Assembly: GCA_022710715.1 (NCBI GenBank)
Contig: JAKLGJ010000001.1
Coordinates: 362,041 to 426,040, forward strand
Direction of reading: 5' to 3'
Length of the DNA stretch: 64,000 bases
DNA from: Candidatus Omnitrophota bacterium
Lineage (GTDB): Bacteria; Omnitrophota; Gorgyraeia; Gygaellales; Profunditerraquicolaceae
The position numbers were made by a program, and so were the translations under genes. A model generated the notes under the pieces. It was given only the letters and a program-made list of their open reading frames with translations. It was not told the origin of the DNA and did not search any database. This document shows positions 51,301 through 61,700 of this stretch, piece after piece; positions within the stretch are counted from its first letter, which is position 1; each line of letters opens with the position of its first letter.

Positions 51301-52045
51301 TGTGGATGAGGACACGACTGAAGAGTCTTTTGTGGATGATTCCGCCGGCGGGACGTTGACGGCCACCGGCAATGCGGATATTCAGCGGGCTTCGGTGGTG
51401 CTGCCGGGCAATGTGCTGGAAGTGCCTACGACCGTGACCATCACCAAAGTGGAATGCCCGCCGCCGGATGCCAACGAGTCGATCGCCGAGAAGGCGGTGG
51501 ATTTCGGGCCCAGCGGTACGGTATTCAAACAGCCGGTAACGATCAAAGTGCCGTATACCGCGGCGGATATGAGCGCGGTGGGGATCACCGATGCGCGGCG
51601 GCTGCGGCTGTTCTACTATAACCTGAAGACGTTGATGTGGGAAAAGCTGGCGGATTCGTATGTGGATACTACGAATCAGCTGATCTGCGCCGAGGTGCTG
51701 CATTTCTCGATCTACGGCGCGGGAGACGGCGGGCCGATCGCGCAGGCTGCGACTACGGGCAGCTCGGCTGCGCCTGCGGGCGGCGGTGGTGGCGGCGGCG
51801 GTGGCGGCGGGTGTTTCATCGCTACGGCTGCGTACGGTTCGTATGATGAGCCTAATGTGAAGATACTGCGGGTATTCAGAGATAAATGTTTGATGACCAA
51901 AGAGTGGGGCCGGAAGTTCGTGAAGTTCTATTATCGCCACAGCCCGGCGATCGCGGATTACATTGAGAGCCGCGAAGGGCTGAAGCTGATGGTGCGCTGG
52001 GCGCTCAAGCCGCTGGTGCTGGCTGCGCGCTCCGCCCTCCGCTAA
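42380..52045 (+). CDS. giant (3221 aa) secreted surface protein: beta-helix domain, He_PIG Ig, two FN3, 17 cadherin-like ~90-aa repeats, Ig-like, BNR/Asp-box propeller, and a Gly-run + Cys C-terminal module
   Basis: Single uninterrupted ORF with coding periodicity. N-terminal 143 aa identical to the 601-aa paralog. Asp-box motifs [17 protein letters not shown] and LDNGLTF. C-terminus G11[10 protein letters not shown]... Confidence 0.8.
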   Translation: MKTIKILLIVLVTQLLFLSSFVYAATYYVDGAVATDSGNGSQSSPKKYIKSGIALMSGGDTLIIADGTYTGTQNNMCTDGGWDWTGIPDGSSGAYTTIKAANDFGVIIDGGGTLTGLYPNGLSYAVIQGIIFQNGGSNVYLTNCDHVKILKCAGVDAAAGNVCNFNSADGDYILFEDCFSWGRGRYKFLIGGGSTYTILRRCVGRYDYHDAENPHGVFSFYGGSSTDCYVQNCIAVDGLAASGYGTTALYAPNGSTRLTFDSCIVLNNGGAGNFFESGATSPTLKNSVIWYGTSAGTAASQSYSEPSNETVINCTLGRFPYGIISAHTSVSNSIFYGMTSDAISWSTNNYCNLYGNGNNYSSTTGGVNNVVYSPLTNGLRYLPRIESSSTLKTAGSSGGQIGAQIIYRLGVSGTLYGETGWNTLTDENLWPFPNEDVIREKMRVYNLHDVNGTRGFCADGQTLTKYIWEYLGNTIPPEIYGAPATPTISTSSLAGGTTGTAYSQTLAVSGGTSPYSWTVASGSLPAGLSLNISTGVISGTPSAVGTSSFTVQVMDAETVTDTQALSIVVSAPDLTAPTISSIAAGSITGSGAAITWTTNEAATSRVEYGTSVAYGSQTTLDSTLVTSHSVNLTGLSANTTYHYRVKSQDAAANETVSADNSFTTGGSTDYVSPSPDVNLTDFESVPEEGTMTVNIPVDPSTATSAAIILTIYDAENPNEGNFYINGNGETAIPYGDSYDSVDHTFAPITINKSYLVQGDNTIRFTHLATSGFIVRDVTIRLTFTGSSDTTAPSAVSTLAAATGTNRGTVNLTWTSPGDDAATGTATSYTIKYSTSQITNDAQFTAATDVTGEPAPAVAGTSQSMTVTGLTPGTTYYFAIKTTDEAGNTATISNSPGAQAKPNVLPVLAAIGAKSVNENAALSFTISATDADGDAITYSASGLPSGATFTAGTRTFAWTPAYTQAGSYSVTFTATDTQSASDSETVTITVANVNRAPVLAAIGAKSGSENTLLTFTLSATDADSDALTYSCTNLPSGSTLNESTGVFSWTPSYTQAATYGAVHFVVSDGSLTDTENITITIANTNRAPVLDAIGNKSVNENSALSFDLNATDADDDIVAYSASGLPAGAVFDAGNFSWTPTYSQAGTYTVTFTADDLSGGTDSETITITVGNLNRVPVLAAIGNKAVDENALLSFVISATDADSDTLTYSATNLPSGATFTAGTRTFAWTPGGTQAGNYSVSFSVTDPNGGIDSETITITVGDVNAPPVLAAIGAKSVNENAALSFVISATDGDGDALTYAAANLPSGATFTAGTRTFAWTPSYTQSGSYTVTFSVDDGLGGTDSEAVVITVANMNRAPVLGAVGNKAVNENAALSFTLSATDADSDTLVYSATGLPVGATLDSATGSFAWTPTYAQSGNYSVTFSVSDGNGGTDSETIGIAVNNVNRVPVLDAVGAKSVDEGVALTFTLNAADADSDTLTYAAANLPSGATFTAGTRTFAWTPGGTQSGTYNVTFSVDDGNGGTDSETIAITVNNVNVAPVLSAIGAKSVNENAALSFVISATDSDGDAITCAASNLPAGATFTAGTRTFAWTPSYTQSGSYTVTFSVDDGLGGTDSEAVAITVANVNRVPVLAAVGNKNVDENVALSFSLSATDADSDTLTYSGAGMPVGATFNSANGAFSWTPTYTQAGSYSVTFSASDGNGGEDSEAITITVANVNRVPVLAAIGAKSVDEGTGLSFTVSATDADNDTLTYTAADVPAGASFTAGTRTFSWTPSCLQSGVYTVTFSVDDGNGGTDSEAVVISVNNVNCPPVLAAIGAKSVNENAQLQFTVSATDPEGDSLTYSAAGLPAGATFAGSTFTWTPSYSQAGSATVTITADDGNGGTDSEAVVISVADVNRSPILDLTGNKTVNENSVLSFDINATDPDGDVVAYSATGVPAGAVFSAGSFSWTPSYTQAGSYTVVFTADDLNGGEDSETITITVNNVNRAPVLAAIGNKSVNEAAALVFSVSSTDADGQALTLSAANLPAGATFNAGTGVFSWTPSYSQAGAFAGVHFEVTDGAATDSEDITITVSNVNREPVLAAIGAKTVNENVQLQFTGSATDADGDVLTYSATGLPAGATFAGSTFTWTPTYAQSGNFTVTISVADTNGGTDSEAVTISVGNVNRPPVLAAVGNKTVAENAALGFTVNATDPDGDAVTLSAANLPSGATFNAATGAFSWTPGYAQAGAYATVQFAASDGSLSDAETITITVTNTDTTPVLAAIGNKTVTENAALSFTVSAVDVDGDALTYAAAGLPAGASFASQAFNWTPGYDQAGTYTVTFSVEDGAGNSDSEAVTITVSNVNRAPAMAAIGNKSVVAKSELTFTVSATDADGDAVTYAASGLSAGATFNADSGVFSWIPTNADAGNHTITFSATDGLASATEAITVAVDVLDEEPPYLDSLNPEEGEVQVSRDSDVFFYLKDALKGVNKDTINLSIKREGDAAATNVIVNGVNQLSSYPNNVILQSSSGNYAVKYDPPTSRDYRFKYEQKITVTVSGRDLAGNQLAPYTYDFTTAMLLKGPNKRVSTTTTTTAEPAPAPAGGVDGAVQPPAATQVVNKDNSCLVMNKSSNKVYMVWQDDAGQIWFNKSEDRGVTFIQDTQLTGALTGTNRNPQMAVDDPGNLYVIWENVQTDNSSDLYFARLDNNSAAWQIAVIPADIALGVAANQAQPSLDVTSSGTVVIAWVNGASGVYYARSTDQGDSLWNLTAAQTKRVDDGTAAAFAYPEIKLSVNSQNKYVVWSAEKNSERNIYFNALNNQNNRVYAQDIQINDANSGTAADRPSLAMRPEVGGGGQKVGICAAWENTGADGDTDIYFDKSVTGEVWGADIQVNEDAQTPQAQKEPALAMDADGSIFAVWSDYRNGEWDIYYANCLDNGLTFKTNILVNADSGTAVQDKPSLYLSADGNHVCISWTDYRDGNGAIYFNRNSYVDEDTTEESFVDDSAGGTLTATGNADIQRASVVLPGNVLEVPTTVTITKVECPPPDANESIAEKAVDFGPSGTVFKQPVTIKVPYTAADMSAVGITDARRLRLFYYNLKTLMWEKLADSYVDTTNQLICAEVLHFSIYGAGDGGPIAQAATTGSSAAPAGGGGGGGGGGGCFIATAAYGSYDEPNVKILRVFRDKCLMTKEWGRKFVKFYYRHSPAIADYIESREGLKLMVRWALKPLVLAARSALR
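45086..49700 (+). repeat. intragenic array of 17 tandem ~270-bp (~90-aa) cadherin-like / He_PIG-like Ig repeats
   Basis: Consensus [41 protein letters not shown]...[40 protein letters not shown]. Several units are about 90% identical at the nucleotide level. Confidence 0.85.
51812..52042 (+). other. conserved C-terminal module (giant paralog)
   Basis: [76 protein letters not shown], preceded by G11. Confidence 0.6.
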
Positions 52046-52125
52046 AGGGGACAGGTCCACCCAAAACGGCTCGTCGAGAAAATCGGACAGATGTGTCCCC
52101 TTTGAGATTTGCTGTGTCCCCTTTT
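52044..52125 (+). repeat. ~80-nt structured gene-end element, copy A, directly after the stop codon of the giant gene
   Basis: aggggacaggtccaccc...ggacagatgtgtcccct...tgtgtcccctttt. Its reverse complement recurs at 62636-62714. Confidence 0.8.
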
Positions 52126-52213
52126 AGGGACGGTGTGATGTGCGAGTTGTGAATGGAACCCCTGGGCAGTCTTCGTCCACGTTTTACTTTCCTTCGACTG
52201 ACTGCCATTCTGA

Positions 52214-52257
52214 TGCGGGGATGCTTCCGGGCAGAAGCATCCCCGGCTTTTTTTTTG
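52214..52257 (+). terminator. rho-independent terminator
   Basis: Stem cggggatgcttc / gaagcatccccg with loop cgggca, followed by T9. Confidence 0.75.
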
Positions 52258-52717
52258 AAGGACGCTCCCACAAAAAATGATTTACAGTACGGAATATAAG
52301 GTATAAAATACCAATATAAAGAGCGGAGTCCATGGATGCGGACAATATACGGTAGTGCTTAGGCAACTCTGAAAAAGGGTTGTCATTTTTTTTGATAGTC
52401 AGTATTTGACACGGTTGGCGCGAAATGTTGCAGCATTTGCATTACTGAAGTATCATTTGTTTTAATCTCGCAACAATAACTTATTGGTATGCTGGAGGTT
52501 ATTGTTAAAGTAGAAAAAAGATAGTTTTCAGAACACTTAGTCAGTTCAATGGTTAGCGTAATAGATTAATAATCTTAAGCTTGTGTCAGAAAGACGGTAT
52601 GAATTATGCTTATTTTAATGGGATGGGTTTTTTTGTGCCCAGAATAACCAGGGTGAAATTTTAGTCTATTCTACCTGGTCTGGTGGCGAATATGCTCCAG
52701 AATCTAAAAAATAAATA

Positions 52718-55700
52718 ATGACAAAAGAAGATCGGTTCTTTCCCCGTATTCTATTTTGTACGGCAATTCTTGCTGTTGTTTCATTTATTCCTGCCTATAT
52801 TTTTTCTGTTTCAGCCAATGAATCTGCCACGTCTTCCTGCCAGCATAATCAAGGAACTTGTTCCAAAGAGCCTCATTGTCCTGGAAAACCCAGTTATCCC
52901 AACCCTCCACCCGGTTGTCCCCAAAAGAAGTATTGCAGTCTTTATCCTATTGCGTTAAATGTAACAGTCATTAGTAATGCCAAGGTTGGAGACCGCATAC
53001 CTGATATCCTTAATGAGGGTGGCCCGGGCAATCTGGGTTGGCTTAGCTGGAATGGTAATAATAGCACTGCGATGTTAGTCAGGAGCTTAATCCCGCCTGG
53101 CGCAAGCTTATTGTACAGAAATCCTTATGATGAGCGCGATCATGTAGTTTCTCAAGGAGACTGGATCAGGGGAATGCCGGGTGATCATAATGGCAGCGCA
53201 ATACGGATTGCTCTAAATATGTTAAAAACCCAGCACGTAACTATACCCGTTTGGGATACTGTTAAAAAGCAGAAGGGAGAACTTCTGTATCATGTATCTG
53301 GATTCGCGAAGGTGCAGATAATTGATTTCAATTTAAGCAAAGACAAACGTATATCGGCGATTTATCTTGGCAAGGTGACGTGTGGTGACGAACAAAACCA
53401 ATCTCCAGTTGCTCATGCCGGAGTTGACCAGCAGGTAGCAATTGGCAGTACTGTTACTTTAGACGCCTCGGCTTCTTCTGATCCCGATGGTGATAATCTT
53501 ACCTATAAATGGGCTATTCTGACCAAACCAGATGAGAGTAGCGCTGTGCTTGTGAATGCTGATCAAGCTAATCCTACTTTCATCGCCGATAAATCCGGAC
53601 AATATACTGTCCAGCTCATTGTTAATGACGGTAAAGTCGATAGCCAACCGGCTGCAGTTACAATAAGCACTATCAATCGTCAGCCGGTTGCTAACGCAGG
53701 AGAGAATGTTTCTGCGCAAGTTGGCTCTGAAGTGAATTTGGATGGCAGCGGGTCTAGTGACCCAGATGGCGATCTCTTAAGCTACCTATGGAGTATTACA
53801 ACCAAGCCCCAGAACAGTAACGCGGTATTAGATCATACCGATATTGTAAAACCTTCCTTTGTTGCTGATGTAGGAGGGCAGTATACCGTTCAACTTATCG
53901 TTAACGACGGTAAACTCGACAGTGCTCCTGCTGTGGCAGTTATCAATACCTTAAATCAAGCGCCAATAGCAAATGCAGGCGCTGATGTCAATGTATTTGT
54001 CGGCGCGCTCATTAAACTGGATGGGAGCAATTCCAATGATCCCGATGGGGATCAATTAACCTATTCATGGAGTATTGTAAGCCAACCCGATGGAAGCAAT
54101 GCTGTGTTGCTGGATCCGGCTACAGCTACGCCGTCATTAACTCCCGATAAAGCCGGAACGTATGTAGTGCAATTGATCGTAAGCGACGGACAATTGGACA
54201 GTGTAGCGACAATAATCCGCGTAATCACGGAAAACCGCTCTCCGGCAGCTAATGCCGGGCAGGATATGAGCGTTAATCTCGGGCAGGTGGTGATTCTGGA
54301 TGGAAGCGCCTCCAGTGATCCTGACGGCGATCCGTTGACTTATATATGGAGTATTACGAATAAACCAGAGGGAAGTGGTACTGCTCTTGCCAATGCAGCT
54401 ACTTCAGCACCATCAATGACTCCCGATTTTATTGGGACATACGATGTGCAATTAATAGTTAATGATGGTAAAGTTGATAGCTCGACTTCAGTTGTGCATG
54501 TTACAGCTATTTCCGTCAATAAACCGCCCGAAGTTCATGCCGGTGACGATGTGACAATTACTTTCTCAGTCGATAGAGCAAATCTCAACGGTTCCGCAAG
54601 CGATGATGGGTTACCGTCAGGCGGTACATTAACAGTCTTGTGGAGTGAGGTAAGCGGGCCAGGCGCGGTTACTTTTGAAGACGCGACGTCTTTAATGACC
54701 ACAGCTAGTTTTTCTCAGGCTGGGACCTATGTTTTAAGGCTAACAGCCAGCGATTCTGTCCTTTCAACCAGCAGCGATATGACTGTAACGGTTACTATGG
54801 CTCCTCGGTGCCTTGCTGATCGCGATATACCGCCTCCGAGCGTCGATGGAAGCGGATCATGGGGATGGATCAACCAGGCTTCTTTGATAAATGCTCGTTC
54901 TGAACATACCGCGACACTTTTGCCGTCCGGAAAGGTCCTTGTTGTCGGGAGTAGTTCGAATGGAGGGGCGACTGCAGAGTTGTATGATCCGGCGACCCAA
55001 CGCTGGACTGAAGTAGCGTCTATGCATTATCCCCGTTTTGCGCATACTGCGACATTGCTGCCTGATGGGAAGGTATTGATTACAGGTGGATGGTCAGGTT
55101 CGAATTCGTATGCTTCTGCGGAAGTTTATGACCCTGCAACGAACACGTGGGCGGACGCCGCGCCGATGAACTCTGCTCGAAGCTGGCATACGGCGAATCT
55201 GTTGAGCACGGGTAAGGTTCTGGTTGTTGGGGGGAACGCAGGGACGGCAGCAGAACTTTACGATCCCGCGACGGATTCATGGGCTTCCGCCGGTTCTCTC
55301 AGCTTGAGCCATGTAGGTCATTCAGCAACAACATTAGCGAACGGCGATGTGCTTGTCATGGGAGGCCGTCCCGTGAATAATGCGACCGAGATCTATCATG
55401 TCGCGAGTAATTCGTGGGAACGTTTGAGCGATGCTCCCGTGGCCTGTGCTTTCTACAGGGCGGTGCTCCTGCCTGGCGGAAGGGTCCTGGTTACCGGCGG
55501 GTATAACGATTCCCAGAGATTGAAGGCCGTGCAGCTTTTCGATCCCTCGGTGAACCAGTGGACACGGGTCAAGGACATGAGTGTCGAGCGTGCCGATCAT
55601 GCTATCGCTATTCTTCCAGACGGGAAGGTGATGGTCGGTGGGGGGTACACCAATACGGATATTACCGATACTGTTGAGTTGTATGACGTTGTTGCCGATC

Positions 55701-58700
55701 AATGGACTAATGAGACCAGTTTGCCTTTAGCAAAAGCTTATTCCACCTGGACGCAATTCTCTGACGGGTCGATTTTGTCCGCGGGTGGATATCATGGCGG
55801 AGCTTTGTCCTCAACGGAAATTCTCGCAAAGGGGATCGCCGGATGGCGTAAGATTGCGTCTATGGGTTCGCCTCGATGGAATCATACTACCACGGCTCTT
55901 GCCGATGGCCGCGTTCTTGTCGCGGGCGGCGCCACGGTATGGAGTAATGCGCCGACCCAGGATGCTTTGGATACAGCCGAAATATATGACCCGGCAACAT
56001 CTCAGTGGTCAGCAACGGGATTAATGAATTTCAAGCGTTTCCGTTTCCAATCGGTTTTGCTTTGTGACGGCAGAGTATTGGCAGCAGGAGGGTATGAAAT
56101 GAATGGGAATAGCCTTGCTCAACCCACTGCCGAGATTTTTGATCCCGTAGCAAACGTTTGGACTAGAGTTGCTGATATGCATTATCCTAGAGGGCATGAA
56201 GCAATCGCGCTTTTGCGTGACGGAAGAGCTTTGATCGTCGGAGCTGTATTGGAAAACGGCGATGAGTTTATCACAAAGACCGCGGAAATTTATGAGCCCG
56301 GCCTTAATACGTGGATATTGACCAGTCCTATGCATGACGTGCGCGAGCATCCGCAGGTAACAACATTGAAAGATGGTCGGGTTTTGGTAACAGGGGGTGC
56401 TTATGTATGGTCAATTCCATCCGGGGTTGATATCTCGGCACAGTCTACCGCAGAGATTTATGATCCTTTGTCTGACCAATGGACATTAACAGCTCCGATG
56501 CATCGCCATCTTTCCGGCCACGAGTCAGTTTTACTCTCAGATGGCCGGGTAATGGTTATGGGTGGGATGAGTTATCCTGAGGGAGTGATTACCAGTGGTG
56601 CGGAGATTTACGATCCGGTCAGTGACACATGGACCGAAGTTGCGCCAATGTCCCAGGGACGTCTTGGTTTTTCTGCCGAGCTTTTGGGCGATGGCCGGAT
56701 TCTGGTCACCGGCGGTGGATCAGCTAACTGGTCTTTGGCTGAGATTTATGATCCTGTGACTAATGTTTGGCATGCGATTCCTTCTATGTTCCAGGGGCAT
56801 GGTTTTCTCTCTAATGGGGGAGCTGTTTTAAATGACGGTAGAGTCATGATCGCAGGAGGATGCAGCGGGTCGACCAGTGGTATAACCGAGCACGTCACTG
56901 GAGTCTTGTCGGAGGTTGAAATCTACGATCCCAATACCAGAAATTTGCCGCCGGCAGTAACCGCTGGCGCGGATCAAAGGATTGTTCTATCTAATAACGC
57001 CGTTTTGACCGGTACTGTCAGTGACGATGGCTTGCCCAGAGGGAATAGTGTTGCCGTCTCTTGGAGCCAATTAAGTGGACCGGCAGGTGTAAGTATTCTA
57101 GATCAACATTCGCAGGTCGCTCAGGCGAGTTTTTCGCAAGAAGGCACGTATGTTTTCCGGCTTACTGCTACGGATGGTGAATTGACCTCTTTTGATGAAG
57201 TGGTGATTACTGTTTTGCCTGTAGCTTCGGATGTTACCCCGCCTGATGTGTCGGTATCCGTCAGTCCTGGAAGCACGATCAACACTGGTGATGTCGTTCA
57301 GATCCGGGTCAGGGCTACGGATAATGTCGGTATTACCGCCTTGCAACTGACAGTTAACGGCAGCGTTTTGGCCCTGCAGCCTGATCCCCAGGATTCGGCT
57401 ATTCAGCAGGCGAGTTTTTCTTCCGAAGTCGCTGGGGTTTTCACTGCTTTAGCAGTTGCCCAAGACGCTGCTGGAAATCAGGGCCAGGCTTCATTGCAGA
57501 TCACCGTTAATGAGCAGACTACGCCTCCGCAGCCGCCGATAGTGGAAATTTCTTCGCCGGCAGACGGTGCACATCTTAGTATGACGCAGACATTCGTTGG
57601 AACAGTATTTTCGTCGAACTTGGTGAGTTACACTCTCGAATACTCGTTTGTCGGTGAGGATAACTTTATTACGTTCGCTACGGGGACTAATGCTGTCAAT
57701 CATGACGTTCTGGGGATTTTGAATACCAATGTTCTAATGAATGGATTCTACGATATCAGATTGACTGCGACAGATGCCAGCGGTCTTACAGTATCAATTA
57801 CAATGCGATACAGTGTCCAGAGTGATCTAAAGATAGGGCAATTCGGGTTTAGCCAGCAGGATCTGGTTATTCCGGTCAATGGTATGCCGCTATCCGTGAT
57901 CCGGACGTATAGTTCATTGAATCCGAATGCCGGTGATTTTGGGTATTCCTGGACGTATGCCATCCAGGATATGAATGTGCAATTCAATGAGTATCGGTCT
58001 GATAATAACGTTGAGTCATTTAGTCAGCGCACGGGTGGAAGCCGGGATATTTCCTTGACTCTGCCGGATGGCCGCCGGACGACATTCACGTATAATCTTC
58101 AAATGGAATCTGTTTTCGGCACGCCGAACTTACAAACAATACGGCAGCTAGCGGTCTGGACACCTCCTCCGGGCGTATATGATACCTTGACCCCGATCGT
58201 ATCCAATCGGCTGATTACTTTGTACAGCACTATAGAAAATACGAGAATTTCTTATTGGGAAGCTGATCCGCAGATGGGGAATATGGATGTTTATGATTTC
58301 CCGGCTTTTATATTGACAACGAAAGAAGGCGTTAAATATTTGATCACCAGGGAAGACCTCGGGAGCCATATGACGGACAGCGCTATTACGGTCCACGCGT
58401 ATGGTAAAGCCCATTTGAGCAGGATTACGGATAGGAATGGGAACTGGACCGAGATAGCTGCTTCGCGGATCGACAGTTACAATGCTCAAGGTGTCAATAC
58501 CCGTTCGGTCATTTTTCAAAGGGACAGTCAAAACCGTATTATATCAGTCACCGATCCTAATAGTCAGTCTAACGGTGGCCCGGCAGCAGTCACCTACGAT
58601 TATGACAGCTCAGGGAATTTGTTCCACGTCAACCGTTTAGTCAGTAATGAGTCCGGTCATGCCCCGGTATATGAGACCACTACATTTCTATACCTTAATC

Positions 58701-61700
58701 CTAACTATCCGCATTACATAACCGATATCCAGGATCCGCGCGGGTTAACTCCGTTAAGGACTGTTTATGACAGCGAAGGCAGGCTTATTGGAACTATCGA
58801 TGCTCAAGGTAATCAGATCAGGCTTACCCATGATATTGCCGGTCATAGTGAAACTGTATATGACCGGCTGGGAAATCCAACTATCCACACATACGACGAC
58901 CGGGGTAATGTTATAGCTACCGTTGATGCGTTGGGCAATACGGTTGAATGCCAATACGACGATAACAACAATTTGATCGCAGAAATCGATGCTTTGGGCC
59001 ACTCGACTATTTATACCTATGATGACCGGGGAAACCAACTGACACGTCGCGACCCCTTAGGCAATGTCACCACTTTGACGTATGATTCTTTAGGGAATAT
59101 TTTAACAGAAACTGATCCGCTTGGTTATGTGACTGAAAATACGTATGATGCGCACGGGAATCTGTTGACGGTCAAAGATGCAATGGGCAACATTACGACT
59201 AATACGTACGATGACAACGGGAATCTGGCAACATCTACCAATGCGCTGGGCAGGACGACTTCTTATCAATATGATAATGCCGGGCATATGATTCAGCAAA
59301 CTGACGCGTTGGGGAATGCGGCGACGTTTACCTACGATTCTAACGGGAATAAACTCACTCAAACCGTAAATCGCGTGAACGGCAGTGAGGCTGAAGCTAT
59401 AACCACCCAATATGTGTACGATTCAGAGAATAGAGTTGTAAGAACCGTTTATCCTGATAGCACCAGCACACAAACTGTGTATAACAACATCGGTAAACAG
59501 GCGGCGGTTATTGATCAATCAGGCAGGCAGACGGCATTCGAGTATGATTCTACCGGTAATCTGGTGAAGACTACGTATCCGGACGATACAACTCAGACTT
59601 CAACGTATGATGTCAATGGCCGGCAATTAAGTACGACTGACGCTGCCGGCCATGTAGTTAGTTTCCACTATGACGCTGTGGGGCAGTTGATACGGACTAC
59701 GTATCCGGATAATACATTCTCGACAACAACATATGACCCTGCCGGACGCACAATCGCGGTTACTGATGCCAAAGGCAACACCACGACGTATTTCTATGAT
59801 AATGCCAATCGTCAGATTTCGATACAATTCGCCGATAACACTGCGCAGGCTACTGAGTATGATGCTTCGGGCAGGATGATCTCTAAGACTGATCAAACTG
59901 GCCTTCAGACCCGGTATGAGTATGACTCTTTGGGCCGGCTGATTAGAGTAACCGACGCGTTGGAGAATGTTACCAGTTATACCTATGATCAAATAGGCAA
60001 TCAACTTACCCAGACAGATGCCAATGGGCATACGACGACCTTTACGTATGACGCCGTGGGGCATCGAATCAGGAGGACTTTGCCTCTGGGGATGTTCGAG
60101 ACGTATCAGTATGACTCAACCGGACAGATGGTTCAGAAAACCGATTTTAACGGAAGAACCACGACGTACAGTTATGATATCATGAATCGTTTAGTCCAGA
60201 AGATACCTGATCCCAGTTTCGGTGCGCCGGCCATTTCATTTATTTATAATAGCTTGGGCCAGCGTATATCCATGAATGACGCGAGTGGCACGACGACCTA
60301 TACGTATGATAACCGCAATCGGTTACTGACAAAATCTACTCCTGAAGGAACGCTAACCTATACGTATGACGTGGTGGGTAATGTCCGGAGTATACGATCG
60401 TCGCATAGTAACGGCGTTTCAGTTGACTACAGCTATGATGTTATGAATCGGCTTGCCACCGTTGCAGATAACCTGTTGCCAGATAATAAAGTGACGAGCT
60501 ATTCGTATGATCAGGTGGGGAATGTGCAGAGTTATATTTATCCCAACGGGGTGCAGTCTGCGTATACGTATAATAATTTGAACCGACTGACAAATTTAAC
60601 GGTGGCTCGATCTTCAACCCTCGCTTCATATACCTATACGCTGGGACCTGCCGGGAATCGACTTTCTGTAGCGGAGTCGGCTGGTCGACGGGTAAATTAT
60701 TCCTATGATGCAACCTATAAATTAACCGGAGAATCCATTTCAGGTGATAATAACGGCGGCAATGGTTCGATATCATATACTTATGACCCTGTAGGCAATC
60801 GCTTGGCCCGGTCTTCGAGTGTTTCGGCTATTTCCAGCCAGGGTTTTACTTATGACGCCAACGATCGGTTGTCTATCGATGGCTATGATGCCAACGGCAG
60901 CACCGTTTCGTCAGGGTCAGATACTTATACGTATGATTTTGAGAATCGTCTCATCAGTTCTACGGCTGGCGGGGGCGTGAGATTTGTTTACGATGGCGAC
61001 GGCAATCGTGTAGCGAAGACTTCGGGAGGGGCTACGATCCAATATCTGGTCGATGACCGAAATCTTACCGGATATGCACAGGTAATGGAAGAGATTGCGG
61101 GGGGAACCGTACAGAAGAGTTATACTTATGGCCTGGCGCGGATCTGCCAGAATCAGGGCGGCACGGTGAGTTTCTATGGTTATGACGGGCATGGGAATGT
61201 GCGGGTACTGACCGATTCCAATGGGGCCGTGACGGATACGTATGATTATGATGCGTTTGGGAATATGATTCAACATGTTGGAGATACTGCCAATATGTTT
61301 TTATATTCCGGTGAACAACTAGATTCGAATGTTGGCTTTTATTTCTTACGCGCTCGGTACATGAATCCTTTTAATGGACGATTCTTAACATTAGATAGTT
61401 ACATGGGTGATATGTGGTTGCCATTATCGTTGCATAAATATTTTTATGCATATAATAATGCGATTAATGCTGTTGATCCCTCTGGTCAAATAACTTATTT
61501 GGATGTAATGTCGATAGATGACCTGATTGACGCTCCCATTTTTATTAAATCTAATAGAGTGAGTGATAAATCAATTATTATGAAGTCTAAGGCGAAAAGC
61601 CTTTTATCTGTGGTAGAATCGAGGGCTCAAGAATGGTTTGGAAGACCTTACGAATTTGGAGCAAAAGGTGATAAAGAACCTGATTACGCCATAGATTGTA

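Noticed and set aside
50621-52060. 479-aa minus-strand ORF, plus many other 60-125-aa minus-strand ORFs, inside the giant genes (43.7-52 kb)
   Set aside because: They are antisense to a continuous high-GC coding frame with strong repeat structure. Long stop-free antisense frames are expected at 58% GC. There is no RBS and no recognisable domain.
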